The notes: generated from the letters alone by a model not told the origin. DNA of 64,000 bases from Azolla caroliniana (GCA_043228905.1 JBHGNT010000004.1:11346001-11410000); one strand, 5' to 3'; counted from the stretch's first letter, positions 1 to 13,309 are shown. Numbers and translations: made by a program.

Positions 1-144
1 CATCCAGTTCTCACCGGGCCTGCATCATCCGGTTCTCATCGGGCTTGCGTCATCTAGTTCTCACCGGGCCTTCAACATCCGGTTCTCACCGGGTCTTCCT
101 TGCTGGGTACACGTATCCCATCCGGAGGGACCGAGATCCTAACA
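1..144 (-). mobile_element. 5' end of a Copia-type LTR (window edge), abutting the hAT transposase pseudogene
   Basis: Ends ...GATCCTAACA, i.e. TGTTAGGATC on minus. Built of CCGGTTCTCACCGG repeats matching the LTR that starts at 63633 after a Copia PPT. Confidence 0.7.
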
Positions 145-1634
145 GTTACATACTTGCAATGTGGTGGTTGTGGGCCTAAGCAAATTGAATATATGGGTTT
201 GCTGAAAATTCCCAATGGTAAATGTAGAGCTATATATGAACATGTTAAGCATCTATTAGGCAATTGATGCCTCAACATGAACAAGTTGATTGGATTAGCA
301 ACTGATGGTGCGTCATCAATGATTGGTAGTGAAATTGGAACAGTAACATTAATGAAAAATGATATCCCAAATTTGGTTGGTGTACATTGTATTGCTCATA
401 GAGAAGCATTGGTTATTTCATATGTATCTAAAGATATCCGTGAGCTCATTCTTGTAGAAAAAATTGCAAATAAGGTATATGCATGGGCTAACAATAGTAC
501 CAAAAGGACACATGAAATTTTAGAGCTCTTGGAACAAATGCAATTGGATGCTCATAGACCCTTACAAATTCATAATATTTGTTGGTTTTGACGTGGTCAA
601 GTCATGGAAAGACTAATGAGTATAATGCCTGCAATACTTACTATTTGGAAGAAAGAGAACTTAAACGAGTGGTATAATAAAGCTTGTATCTATAGTGTGC
701 AATTTTGCTTTTGTATGATGGCTGATGTGTTGCATTTGATGAATATTTTGAGCTTGAAACTTCAAAAAGAGAATTTGGATGTAACTTCAATTGGTGTAGA
801 AATTGATATTACTATTTCTAATTTGCGGAGGTCTTTCTTGAGAAATGACACATTTGCGGATGGAACAATGTATTTATCCAAGTTCTTATGATGTTCTAAA
901 GTTGGGTTTTTGGAAATAGAGAATAAAGATGGCGTTACATATAGACATGAACTATACTTCAAACAAATTCCTATGGATAAAGCAAGTCCAAATGATACGA
1001 ATCCCAATATTGCAAAATCTAAGGGAATGAGGCCATTTATAAATGGATCACTTGAAAGTTGTATTAAACTATCTCAAAATTATGTGCAAAATATTATTGA
1101 TGGACTAAATGCAAGCTTCCTTGACTTAAGCATCTTCAATGCAACAAAATTATTCAGCCCATGCCATTATGCAAATGATGATGTGATTAGGGATAGTAAA
1201 ACAAAGACATGGTTGAGAATTTTGATTTCTCATTTACAACCAAATGTTGATGTCAATGCATGTCTTTAAATTTTACATGATGCAAAGGCTTGTGAAATGG
1301 AACTCTATAGGTTTGTTGACACTTTAAGTTTAAATTGTGAAGGCTATATTATGCATGAAGCTTGGCGTATGTTTTGCAAATGAAGGATTGGCAAGATAGT
1401 TTCCCTCATTTGATGAAATTATGGCCAACTACTTTGGTTATTCCGTCTAGCACAGTTTCATGTGAGAGAGGGTTCTCTAAGCAAAAACTCATCAAAGAGA
1501 TGAAAAGAAATCAATTGAATATCGAGCATTTAGATGATTTAATGCGAGTCTTATTGAATGGGCCACACATTGAAGAAATACAATGGGATCGTGTACATGA
1601 AATTTGGAAAGATGCAAAGGATACAAGGGTATAA
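145..1634 (+). pseudogene. hAT-family (ZNF862-like) transposase pseudogene, C-terminal half
   Basis: Motifs GLATDGASSMIG and VHCIAHREAL, plus the hAT dimerisation motif VIPSSTVSCERGFSK..RNQL..L.DLM. Stops at 591, 891 and 1269, and a frameshift near 1360. Confidence 0.9.
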
Positions 1635-1679
1635 TATATTGTTTCGTACAAATATTCGATGTATTTACTTTTTGAAGGG

Positions 1680-3496
1680 CAACGCCTCCAACCACGTTAG
1701 TCCTGAGACGATCGGATGTCGAGGAGATGCGATGAGGTAAAAGGCGAGCTCCTCCTGGTGTGAGCCCACCCGAAGCCCTAATGGGATTGTAGCTTGAGTA
1801 ATTGCCCCTGACAAGAGGACGCACCCGTCGATGGCTTCAACTGGAATGGGTTTTGAGAGGACAACGACAGGTACGCCATGTGCTTGGGCAAACGCGACGT
1901 CGATGAAGCAAGAAGATGCCCCAGAATCAAGTAAAGCAACAGACTAAATGGAACTAGAGTTAAACGAAAGCCAGACCTCCAATGTGAAATTGCCTGATGG
2001 TCCGGCAATGGAACCAAGAGAATGTGGGCGACGGGAGATGTCCAGTTGCATGGCTCCTACTGCAACCGAACGATGTCGTTTTCCGGATGTTGGGGTCCGT
2101 TAGCTCAATGGAATTGTGGGCGAGTACTCCTAGGACAATGGCGAACGACATGACCGGAGGCGCCACAATACAGGCACAAGCCATTAGCCCGCCGAAATTG
2201 TCGTTCAGCATCAGTCAATGGCCGAAATCGGGCTTGATCAATTTCCATGGGGATAGGAGCATCTGCCAAAGTAGGCGAGTGTGAGGATGCCTGGGGTTGT
2301 ATGACCAAGGCGTGGCGTGGAACTGAATGAGGTGAAACCCAAGTCCGGCGCTCTTCTTGGTGAAATTCGAAAAGACGATTGTCACAGTGGACTGCTTGTG
2401 AAATCGCTTCGGATAACAAGGTGAGCTCCGGAAAGTTTAAGAGAAGATTCTTGACATTGCTTCGAAGGCCATGCCGAAAGTGATCAGCTAAAGCTTGATC
2501 ATCCCAATTGACGTCGCATGCTAGTTGTCAAAATTCTGAAGCATAGACCGAAGCTGCACGCGAAACTTGTTCAAGTGCATAAATCTTGTTAAGAGTTGTA
2601 TGTCGTCGGTCCGTCTCTCCAAATGTGGCCTCTAACTCGGTGAGGAAGGCGGGAAAGTCTTCCAATAGAGGTGATGAGGTTTCTACCAATGGTGCAAACC
2701 AAGCTTGGGCCGGACCGGAGAGAAGGGTGGCCACAAGGCTGACTTGTCGAAGACCATCTCTATAACATTGAGATTGTAGCCGCATGATAAGTCGAACTTG
2801 GTTGATGAACCCTCGGAAACACGACCTCGTTCCATCAAATTTTTCTAGGAGGCTAACCTTAGGCTCAAGAAACTGTGACGAAGCTAGGCTAGATGTTGGT
2901 AGAAGATCGAGCTCTAGGCTAGGTTGTTGTGGGAGACTAGGGTTCGGGGGTTGTGAGGATAGGGAGGTACCGACTTGAAGTTCTTGTAAAGAATTTCGAA
3001 GAGCTTCATTTTCAAGCTGTAGTTGTCGTAAGGCTACCATTATTTGGCCTAACTCACTAGTTGAGTCGGACATAGCTATGGCTTATGAGAGGGAGAGCTA
3101 TGAGGATGGGAAGGTGAACAAACTGTCACGGATCATAAGCTCAAGAGACAAGCAAGAAGATAACCAAATGGACAAGAAAGAAGATAGTATTAAAGGAAAG
3201 ACTCCATAATTGGTGTTGTTCACCTTGAATTCCTTCAAGGTGAACTCCTCTATTTATTTATACTACATGGCATGCATACTTGTTGCACACATGTGAATCT
3301 ACAATAGAGCATGTAGGTATGCATGCATGTGCCAAGTGTAAATACTACAAGGGAGCAACTATGCACATGATGCTAGCAAAATAATAAGGACCAATTACAT
3401 ACATAACTATGTACTAGATATCTTGGTTAACTCATAATACTAGATTATAACATGGTTGTGTCAAGAGTTCGAATCTTGACAATTGCCAACGTGTCA
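1680..3496 (-). mobile_element. Truncated Ty3/Gypsy (Tf1/Tcn1-like, self-priming): LTR, gag, protease
   Basis: LTR 3124-3496 (TG..CA). Gag from 3073 (EKFDGTRS..F, CLYCGASGHVVRHC knuckle). Protease ALLDSGASSCFID at about 1900-1940 in the -1 frame. Premature stops. Inserted into the Copia protease region at 3497. Confidence 0.85.
3124..3496 (-). repeat. 5' LTR (373 bp) of the self-priming Gypsy
   Basis: TGTCACG...CGTGTCA termini, TATAAATA on minus at about 3255-3262, and a 12-bp hairpin at 3218-3245. Confidence 0.8.
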
Positions 3497-4237
3497 AATC
3501 GGATGTGTAGTGTCATCTCCAGTCTTGACATAGCCAAGTCAATCTGGCTCTCGTAGGTCTCAGAACCATTCTTGATGTGATGTCATATGGTTTGATGTGC
3601 TAGAGTCGAAAAACCATATGTCTTCCGGATTAGAGGTGTTGGTCGGGTAGGAGGCCCACATAGAGTTTGCTCTATGTCTCATTACAAATAGTCCACCATA
3701 GTCGTCATATTCGGAGTTGGCGGCATAATTGGTGAGTTTCCGGCTTGTAGAAGCCAACTCACTCTTCTTCTTTCGAGACTCCTCTTCATGGTGGACGATT
3801 TTGCCACAATATCCACATTTGATGGGGTTGTTTGGTCGGCTTGGAGCGGCATGGAAGCTCCCCCTTCTTTCAAACGTTCCTCTCGAGTTTTCACCGTCTT
3901 GCTAGTAATGGGAGTTGCATTCATAGGTCGAAGCTCGTCCGTCGCGTCCTTGGCCGAATCGGCCTCTTCTTGCACGACGATGTCCTCTTCCTCCATCTTA
4001 GTGCGTATAGAGCATGTGGCCTTTCGAAACGTTGCTCCTTGTTCGAACATGGTTTTCTTCAACCAACAACATTGATTGAAGATCGAAGAAAGAGGGAGGA
4101 TTCTCTCTTGCTAGGACAGTGGTTGTCATTACACCGAACAGTGGTGCGAGGCCGCCTACACATATTTGAACCATCTCACTATCCTCCACATTGACGCTTA
4201 TTGAGCTGAGTGAATCACAAAGCTCCTTGATCTTCAA
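3497..4237 (-). pseudogene. Copia-1 gag (C-terminal) and protease remnant
   Basis: KIKELCDSL..VEDSEMVQICVGGL and WFFDSSTSNHM. Near-collinear with Copia-2 at 33970-34700. Confidence 0.9.
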
Positions 4238-5194
4238 GGTAACAAGTTCACGTTCACAAGTGGAAGGATAAGGAATATTCCATTTGATTTTGAGGTTTTT
4301 TTTGCCATTTCACAAAACACCTTGATACTAGTATCACATGTTCTCAAAAATTTGATGAAAAAGTTGAAATTTTCACCATTTGGTAAAATTAAAAAATGCC
4401 AAATTGTGGTCAAATACAAAAAGTAACTTTGTGTATTTTTAAGGAAAAATAACAACTAATAAGTTTTTAGATCTTAATGAAATTAAAAGCAGAAGATTTC
4501 AAAACAATCAACTTTTTTATATCATTCGATAAAATGTTGTCTAATTTTGTTACATATCGTTGCACAAAAAATACATTTAGGATTTATTTGCATCACTATG
4601 ATCACTCCTTTCATGAGAGTCACTACTATAGCTAATATACAATTGTGACTCTTCCTCCTCATTTTCAGATGTACCAATCAAATCATTGTCTTCACCAAAT
4701 GGTGTCTCCAACTTGTGTGCTCTAAATCTTGTTTGCCTTCAACTGAGACTTCTTCTAGACTTGCTAATATCTCTTTTATTATCATGTCTATCGTTGTCTT
4801 CCTTAAACATCTAGCTTTTGTCAATGTAAAGACATACACAATGATCTCCACCTCACTAATGTCAATGATAGGTGTATTACAAAGGTTTAATGCATCACCA
4901 TGTTTAAAACTTTACCAATCAAAATTGGTGCCCTCAGCCATGGCCATCTACATGTGTAGCTATTAATATCCCCACCTTGAGTTCTTGCCAATTTCCTTGT
5001 CACGTGAGTTATGCTTGTGTTGTCATCCTTGGTCCCACATAAAAAAAATTCTGTTGTGGATGAACCAAACTATGAAGATCAACATTAACTGCTTGAAGTA
5101 GTGATTGAGAACCACAAGAATATTTATATAGACCATGTAAACAACATTTTTTTGAGCTTGAGTTGATGAACAAACTAGGTTTTTTATCACAATT

Positions 5195-5480
5195 TGATAC
5201 AATGTATCAAGTTCATGTTTAAAGTAAATTTGTTTTTTATTTTTTGGAAAAATAAAAATGTAAACATGAATTTGATACATTGTATCAACTTGTGATGAAA
5301 ACTCTAGTTTTTCATCACTTCAAGCTCAAATTTTTTTTTTAAATAACCAAAATAAATAGAAAAAATCAAAAATCAAAATAAAAAAACCCCCAAAAAAACC
5401 TTTAAACATGAACTCGATACAATGTATCGAGTTCATGCTGAAAAGTCAACTTCTCAACACAATGTGTCGAGTTGATGTAA
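5195..5480. repeat. Cluster of palindromic GATACAATGTATC repeats
   Basis: Perfect 15-bp-arm palindrome at 5407-5437, with related copies near 5195, 5272 and 5457. Confidence 0.75.
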
Positions 5481-5968
5481 AAAATTGAGTTTTCAACCTG
5501 TGAAGTCTCTATTTTACTATTAAAATTATCAAGTTGCTGAATAAATTGTATATTTTCACAAATAATCTCTATTTTTGTAATGAATTTCTATTTTTCTCCA
5601 AGATTTTCCATTAGAAAAATTTATTGATTAGAGTGTTTTTACTACACTATTTAGTGGTTCTTTCGTATATTATTTAACAAAAATTCATTAATTTTTGCGA
5701 TATTTTGCATCTACTTGTTTCTTTTTGGCATTTAGAGCCCTTTTCTAGAGTTAATCTATCTTTAAACATATAAGTTGTTAGAAATTACTTATTGGTTCAT
5801 ATAATTGAGTTTCTCTATATTTTTCGATTTTGCGCCTACAAGGTCAATTGAAAATCAAGATGAACGTACAGTCAAGAAAATTTGTTTGAATAATCAAGGC
5901 TTGCCTTTAGAATCTAATCAATGTGAGGAAGCCAGTATAGCCAGAGAGCAAAGAAATATTGTTCAACA

Positions 5969-6818
5969 ATGATATACCAAGATAGTGATAGTAAGAAACT
6001 AAGAGAAGTTAAGGATATTCTTGATTTTCCTACATCATTTCTTGCACATCTTAAAGAGCAGTGGAAAGAAAAGGACTATCGTTTAGTGAAGGCATATGGT
6101 GTAGAAGATGGTGAGCTTTTAGGAAATTTAGCCACAAAAATGATATCACCCATGATTTATACAATAATTTCTATTGTGGTGATGTGGTTGAGATGATACA
6201 CATATTGCCAACGAAGGAATACATATTATTGATTGTTGACATACCATATGGATTTTGTATGGTTGGATCAACATATGAGGAACAACCATTTATGTTCAAA
6301 CAACTTGAGAAGATAGTGGAAGTTTTCACATAGACAATATCCTTATGGAGAATTGTCGTATTCCATAACATGGACCAAGGATAGTCTATAGCACAGGTCA
6401 TGAGATCTCATTGCCACGGGATAGAAAACCTTGCTTAGTAAGGAATATTTATCTTACATGGAGATCCCATCAATACATTCTACTTAATATTGATATTTGT
6501 CATTTGAAATGTTCTCCGATGAAGGAGATTGGATACTAGATTTGTTCTCCGAGTTGGGTAACTTATTATAACTTTGTTTGTTATGCCTTTAGAAATCAAT
6601 ATAGTTTATGTTTAGCTAAAGCAATCTTCATTTAAAATTGTTAATGTGTAGTGCATTTGCATCTACATTGAAGCTATTCAGAATTATTGTTGCACTTAAA
6701 AAGGATGATGAGCAAGTGAGATTTATTAACACGAGGATTAAAGGCTTAACATTTTCAATCAGCACCCCATGAACCTATTTCTCCATTAGCTGGTGAACCT
6801 AGGGAGCTTATTGATTTT
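5969..6818 (+). pseudogene. Beta-class N6-adenine/N4-cytosine DNA methyltransferase (N6_N4_Mtase-like) pseudogene with spliceosomal introns
   Basis: 6160-6252 reads YNNFYCGDVVEMIHILPTKEYILLIVDIPYG (motif IV, DPPY-like). 6509-6557 reads MFSDEGDWILDLFSELG (motif I, FxGxG-like), then a GT donor. After an AG, 6653-6748 reads AFASTLKLFRIIVALKKDDEQVRFINTRIKGL. Internal stops. The tail is cut by the Gypsy. Confidence 0.78.
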
Positions 6819-7189
6819 TGTTGGCCGGTCAGAGAAGGCAAATGGGAAAGCAAGGTCGGATCGGATAAATATAGAAATAGGAATAGAATTATTAGGAGGG
6901 ACGGATCCGGTAGTTGTAACCGATCCGGATCCGAACCGATTCGGTTTCGGTTAACGGTTGCCTACCGAGCACCGATTGTAATCTGGTCGGATGCCTATAA
7001 AAGGATCCGATGTTTTGTAATGAAGTGGCGAAGAATTAATATAGTTTTGCTTATGCTGATTAATCTTGTCTTCGTCTGTGCTTAAGTGTAATTATCATAC
7101 GCGTGTATTAACATCCTATCCCTACCACCCCTTTGGAGAAGTGTCGGATAGACACCTGTGTTGCGGCTAGTCCAGCCATACATACAACA
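6819..7189 (+). repeat. 5' LTR
   Basis: TGTTGGCC...ATACAACA, TATAAAA at about 6996, matches 16600-16970. Confidence 0.97.
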
Positions 7190-7195
7190 CTATTT

Positions 7196-7205
7196 TGGCG
7201 ACCAC
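7196..7205 (+). promoter_or_regulatory. Primer-binding site, probably tRNA-Arg(UCG)
   Basis: TGGCGACCAC, 6 nt after the LTR, is complementary to a ...GTGGTCGCCA tRNA end (tRNA identity from recall). Confidence 0.55.
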
Positions 7206-7241
7206 GATTCCTGCAGAGTGCAGAGGACAACCGGGGGATGG

Positions 7242-10200
7242 ATGTCTAGACAAAATAACGACCACATCACCGAAAGAGGGAGACGCCACGCCGAACGGCA
7301 GCGACGACGGGAAGCCCTGCAGCAAGCCGTCGACGAGATCCGGCGCGATCGGTCATTCTCAAAAATGCTTCGGCAAATCGCAGAAGACGCACTACAGTTC
7401 CAGGTTCTACAAGCTTCCGACGAAGGCAATAGCATAACCAGCCTCCAAGAAGCGGAGACACTACTACAGACTCTCGCTGGCGGCGACGGGGACGCAGCGG
7501 CATTTGCAACATTAGAGGCGGATTCGGATAGCGGGTAAAGCGTGGGATCCCGCTATAAAAGCAGCCACGAGAACAACCCCTTTGAGTCGGATCACTCAGC
7601 AACATCGGAGCCAGAGGAGGAAATAACTCTGGAGTTCGGTGACCGGCAATCGCCGAGGAGGGAGGAGCGGATACCAACACCACCCGCGGAGGAACCGCAG
7701 GAGCGGTTATCAACACCACCCGCGGAGGAACCGCAGGAGCGGATACCAACACCACCCGCGGAGGAACCGCAGGAGCGGTTATCAACACCACCCGCGGAGG
7801 AACCGCAGGAGCGGATACCAACACCACCTGCAGAGGAACCGCAGGAGCGGAGACCGACATCGGAGGAACCAGCGCAGGAGAATCAGTGGGACGACACGAT
7901 GCCGTATCCGTACCCAAAGTATCGGGATGAGCCCGACGGAGAGGCACATGTGTATGCATTCCTGCGAACATGGGAAGCCAACCACGTGTCCCAGAGACTG
8001 ACGGAGCCCGAGGCCGACCGATCCAAAGTCGCCGAATTCGGCATGACATTAGAGGGACCGGCGGCCCGGTGGCACGCCAAGCACTTACCAGGCAGCTTCG
8101 CCACGTTCGAGGCATTGAAAACCCAGTTTTTACGCTTGTTTCATAGACGAGTGGAACAAAGGGAATTGGTCGGACAATACTACACCACTCGGCAGGGAGA
8201 AAACGAGACGGTCCCACAATTTATCATTCGTTTCCAGACCTTGCACAGTCAATTAGCAAGAGCACCACCCGAAGAGGAGGCCAAGGCAGTCTTTTTGGCT
8301 GCGTTAAAAGACCCACTTCGAGCGATGTGTGGAATCCTCGATTTCAGCACCAGCACAATGGACCAAGTCATTGATCGGGTCCTGGAAATGGACAACACGA
8401 GCCCCTTCTTGCCGATGGGGGCGTTACACCAGGCGCTTCCGAAGGAGGAGGACCTCCGGTTCCGACAAGCCCTACAATGCACAACATGCCTAAATTCGGG
8501 GCACTCGACCGTCGACTGCACCCTGCGTGCACAGTGCATGATATGCAATTCTCGCGCCCACACAACAAACCGATGCGAGTATAACCTATTAACTCGACAA
8601 GCGGCACCGGTCCGACACATAGAACCGCGCAATCGGGACCCGGAAGAGGATCGATTCCGGAGGGACGACCGTTACCGACGAGAACGCGGCGACAGATACC
8701 CCGATAGAAGACGCGACAGCTATGACCGAGAGGAGAACCGCAGGGATAGCTACCCCCGGGACCGGTACGACCGAGACGAATCCCCGGAATACGAGCGACG
8801 CAGAGAAGACAGGCGGCCAGGGAACCGGAATTTCCGACGGAACCAAAGGCGTGGATTCTTCCGTAGAGAGGAGCGTCGGGAGGCAACAAGGAATGACAAA
8901 CCAGTAGCGGCACCGGAAAACCGAAAAACCGAGGACAACCGTCGGGGAATGCCCCTTCCCCAAACATGGGAAAAAGGAGAATCCAGCAACACGCACAGGG
9001 TGTACTGTTATTACTGCCGAAAAGAAGGGCATTACAGTAATCAATGCCCAAGCAAAACAGCCGACAAGCAGCCAGCAGTCAACATGGTGACAGCCGAAGT
9101 ACAGCAGGTTACCACGCGGTCGAAGGGGAAGGCCGCCGAATGGGAAGCCCAGGAAGCAATCAGAAAACAAGCGGCACAATGGATCAAAGAAGCCAACGAA
9201 CAAGGTGCGGCGGAAGTAAGAAACCAAAATATGCCAAGGGAGGAGGAAATCGTACAGCCAGGAGAAAACCCGACATGGCAAGCACTACAAGATTGTCAGA
9301 TCGTGCTGCCGTTGGCACGGTTACTGCAGTTGGTGCCGCGGTTTACAGCAGACTTACAAGCCGCCGTGAGCAAACCGACGCCGACGCCAGCACCGGCATT
9401 TTTCTCCAACCCGGAGGAAGGCCCAGCGGTGGTTGATACCAGTAGCCCAGCAGTCACGACAATCGTCAAAGGAAAGGAGATTCCAGGAACAATTATTGAC
9501 GGAGGCTCCGAGGTGAACGTCATTAGTCGACAGACATGCGACGACCTAGGCATCCAGGAGTGGGAACCATGCCCCTTCTGGTTACGCATGGCGGATACAA
9601 GCTCAGTCCGACCAACCGGTCTTATCCGGGACTTGGAAGTAACAATAGGAGGACACGTATTCCGAATATCGGCCGTGGTACTAGAGCTGAATGTACAAGG
9701 CGCATATCCCCTACTGTTAGGACGACCATGGCTGCGAACGGCGCATATCAAGCAAAACTGGCAAAAGAATATGATCACGTTCCGACGAGGGAAAACAAAG
9801 GTACGGGTAGCCACGCAACCACGGGTGCTCACTAGCAAGGAGGCAACCCCTTTATATGCCGAAAGCATCAACATGTTAGAGGGCTTACCGGATGAGGAAG
9901 TTGATCGGTACCTCGAGGAACACCCACAGATCGTCCCACTTTTTGAGGTGGATATCACGGCAGCAGTAGAGCCGTACATCACAATGCCGGACGAGCCGGA
10001 CAAAGTGGCGATCCGGGAACTACGCCAAGCACAGGAAGCCCTAGAAAGAGAAATGACGATATCCCAAAGGGTGAAAGCATCCCAGCTGGAAGAGGTGGAC
10101 CTCGGCACAACAGAACAACCCCGACCGGTAAAAGTCGCGAAGGAATTGCCGAAGGAGGAAAAACAGGCAATGGTAGCACTGTTAACGGATTTCAAGGACG

Positions 10201-13025
10201 TGTTCGCATGGTCATACGAGGACATGCGAGGGTTGGACCCCCAGCTCTACCAGCACCAAATTCATCTAAGTACTGACGCGAAACCCATCGCTCAACGTCG
10301 GTACCGGATGAATCCAAACTATGCGGCAAAGGTGAAGGAGGAAATTGACAAGCTTCTCCGGGTCGGATTTATCCGACCAGTCAAGCAGGCAACCTGGCTA
10401 AGCCCAATAGTGGTGGTCCCGAAAAAGAACGGCAAAATCCGGGTATGTGTGGACTACAGGAAACTAAATGCCGCGACAGTGACCGACGCTTTTCCACTAC
10501 CATTCACAGACGGAGTGCTAGATGCGGTGGCCGGCCACGAAGTTTACAGCTTCCTGGATGGATTCAGCGGCTACAACCAAATCCGAATGAACCCGGCCGA
10601 TCAAGAGAAAACAGCGTTCGTGACGGAATGGGGAGTGTTCGTCACGGTCGTGATGATGTTCGGATTAAAGACAGCCCCTGCAACATTTCAAAGGATAATT
10701 ATGGAAATCTTCGGTGATTTTATTCCCGGTTTTATGCAGGTCTTCCTAGACGATTTCGCCGTCTACAGCCGACACGGAGAGCATCTTGATCACCTACGAC
10801 TATGCTTAGAAAAGTGCCGCGAGTACCGATTAAGTCTGAACCCGGCTAAGTGCGTCTTTGGAGTTGCAAGCGGCAACTTGTTAGGCCACGTGGTGAGTCG
10901 GGAAGGAATCGCGGTAGATCCGGATAAGGTAAAAGCAATTCTCGACGCACCGGCACCGAATAGCGCAAAGGCTTTAAGCCGATTCCTTGGTCAAATAAGG
11001 TGGCATAGTCGGATGATACGGCACCTTGCCGACTTTGCTACACCATTGCACGCTGCTGTACATAGAGTACCTTTCCAATGGACAGAAACGGAGGAGAAAG
11101 CCTACCAAGCGTTGAAGGTCATGCTGTCACAAGCTCCGGTGGTGCAGCCGCCGGACTGGAGTAAAAGCTTTCACGTCTTCGTCGACGCGTCGGACGTAGC
11201 AATCGGCAGCGTTTTGATGCAACTCACGGAACCGAACTGGTATCGGCCGGTGTACTACGCAAGCAGGAAACTCTCGAAAGCCGAACGGAACTACTCTACA
11301 ACGGAATGAGAGGCATTAGGAATGGTGTACAGTGTCACAAAGTACAGGCACTATCTGCTCGGACGAAAGTTCTCCTTCCACGTTGACCACTCGGCACTAC
11401 TCTACCTGGTCTCAAAGGCAGCCCTGACAGGAAAACTCGCACGGTGGACGCTGCTATTACAGGAATTCGAATTCGATATTTTCCACCGACCCGGGGTGCA
11501 GCATGCGGTAGCAGACTACCTGAGCAGACTAGAATCCGGAGAATCAGGGGACGGCGTACAGGACGAATTTCCTGACGCCGAGCTGTTTAAGGTCACGACG
11601 GCACCGGCAACGGAGACCACAGTAGCGGACGAAGACAAATGGTTAACCGAAATGCATCAGTTCCTGAGCACCGGAGTTCCCCCGGAAAATCTGGACCGAG
11701 ACGAACGGAAAAGGATGGCAGTACGGAGCAGACATTTCTGCTTGGTAGGAGACACCCTCTATCACAAGGGGGCAGATGGCGTATGGAGGCGAGCAGTGCG
11801 GAGCGATGAAAAGGATCTGATCCTGAGGGAAGCCCACTGTGGAATTGCAGGCGGGCATTATGCCGGCGAAACAACAGCCCGGAAGATATGGCAGAGCGGA
11901 CTATGGTGGCCGACTACCATGAGAGATGCCGTTAAGTATAGCAGGGAATGTGACCTGTGTCAACGACTGGGCCAACCCACGGAGCAGGCCCGGATGCCAC
12001 ATCACCCGGTCTTGCCATTAGAACCATTCCAAAAGTGGGGCTTGGACTTTGTCGGTCCATTCAAGCCACCGGCAATGCGGACCGGAAATCGGTATATAAT
12101 AGTGGCTACCGACTACTGCACGAAATGGGTAGAAGCAAAGGCATTACGGGACAACACGGCGGCGTCCACGGCCAAATTTTTATATGAATGCATATGGTGT
12201 CGGTACGGATGCCCGATTGAGCTGATCAGTGACCAGGGAGGACATTTCCTCGGGTAGGTGGTGGAAAGTTTGACATCATTCTATGCGGTAGTACACAAAC
12301 GAAGCACTCCCTACTACCCTCAAGCCAACGGATTAGCGGAATCAACAAACAAAACGCTACAGAACATCCTTAGAAAAATCGTCAATGAGAACCGGACCGA
12401 CTGGGACACGAAGTTGCAGAGCGTGCTGTGGGCGTACCGAACGGCGTACAAGACCAGCATCCGGACGACCCCGTTCCGACTGGCATTCGGCTTGGAAGCA
12501 GTCATGCCAGTAGAATTCCAAATTCCTAGCTTAAGAATACAGGTTAAGGAGCGGTTAAGCGAGAAGGAATCCGAACGAATCCGGCTGGCGATGCTGTTGG
12601 AACTGGAAGAGAATCGAATAGCCAGCCTGCTACAGCTAGAACTAGAGCAAAGGAGGAGGAAAGCCTTTGTAGACCGACATCGGCGCGGTAACGAAAAGGA
12701 ATTCGAAGTCGGGAAACCAGTATTGCTGTTCCAAACACGAATGGGGAACATGCCGAGGAAATTGCGATTTCGATGGACAGGACCATTCTGGATCACAAAG
12801 GAGTACAATGGGTCTTACCAGCTCGGGACGTTGTCAGGAGAAGTTGTGGACAAATGGGCAAATGGGTTTCGCCTAAAACCGTATAAGGGGCACATGCCAG
12901 CTAACCCCTTCAAGCAAGACCCGGAAATCCCGAATGCCGAGGCACCGACACCGACGCGTAACAACGACGAGGAACCGACAACAGTGCGCACCGACCCGAA
13001 CACATCGGGGGGAACCGAACAATGA
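7242..13025 (+). pseudogene. gag-pol polyprotein in one frame, with three premature stops
   Basis: ATG 7242. In-frame stops at 7536-7538, 11307-11309 and 12255-12257. Three CCHC knuckles, protease IDGGS, RT FLDD, RNase H VDASD, integrase HHCC/DDE and WTGPF. No chromodomain. Confidence 0.95.
7665..7850 (+). repeat. 36-nt coding tandem repeat (ER[IL][PS]TPPAEEPQ x5) in gag
   Basis: Visible in both DNA and translation. Confidence 0.9.
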
Positions 13026-13309
13026 TGCGGCATATGCTTATTATTAAAATAATAATAATAAAAAAAAAAAAAATGAATGACGTGGAGCTACGGGTAGAAA
13101 AGTCAAGACAAGAAGATCAAGAAAATCATGGTAATGATGAAGGAAGTAGTTACAACCGTCACACGGGTGCACGAGCTATTTAAAGCACAGAACGTGGGGG
13201 GGCACGAGGTACAGGACTTAATACGTGCGGCAATCAAGGAGTCATAATGACCGACACGTAGGAGATTCGACACACGCGGCAAAGAAGCGCAAGCAGGACA
13301 CGCGGCAGC

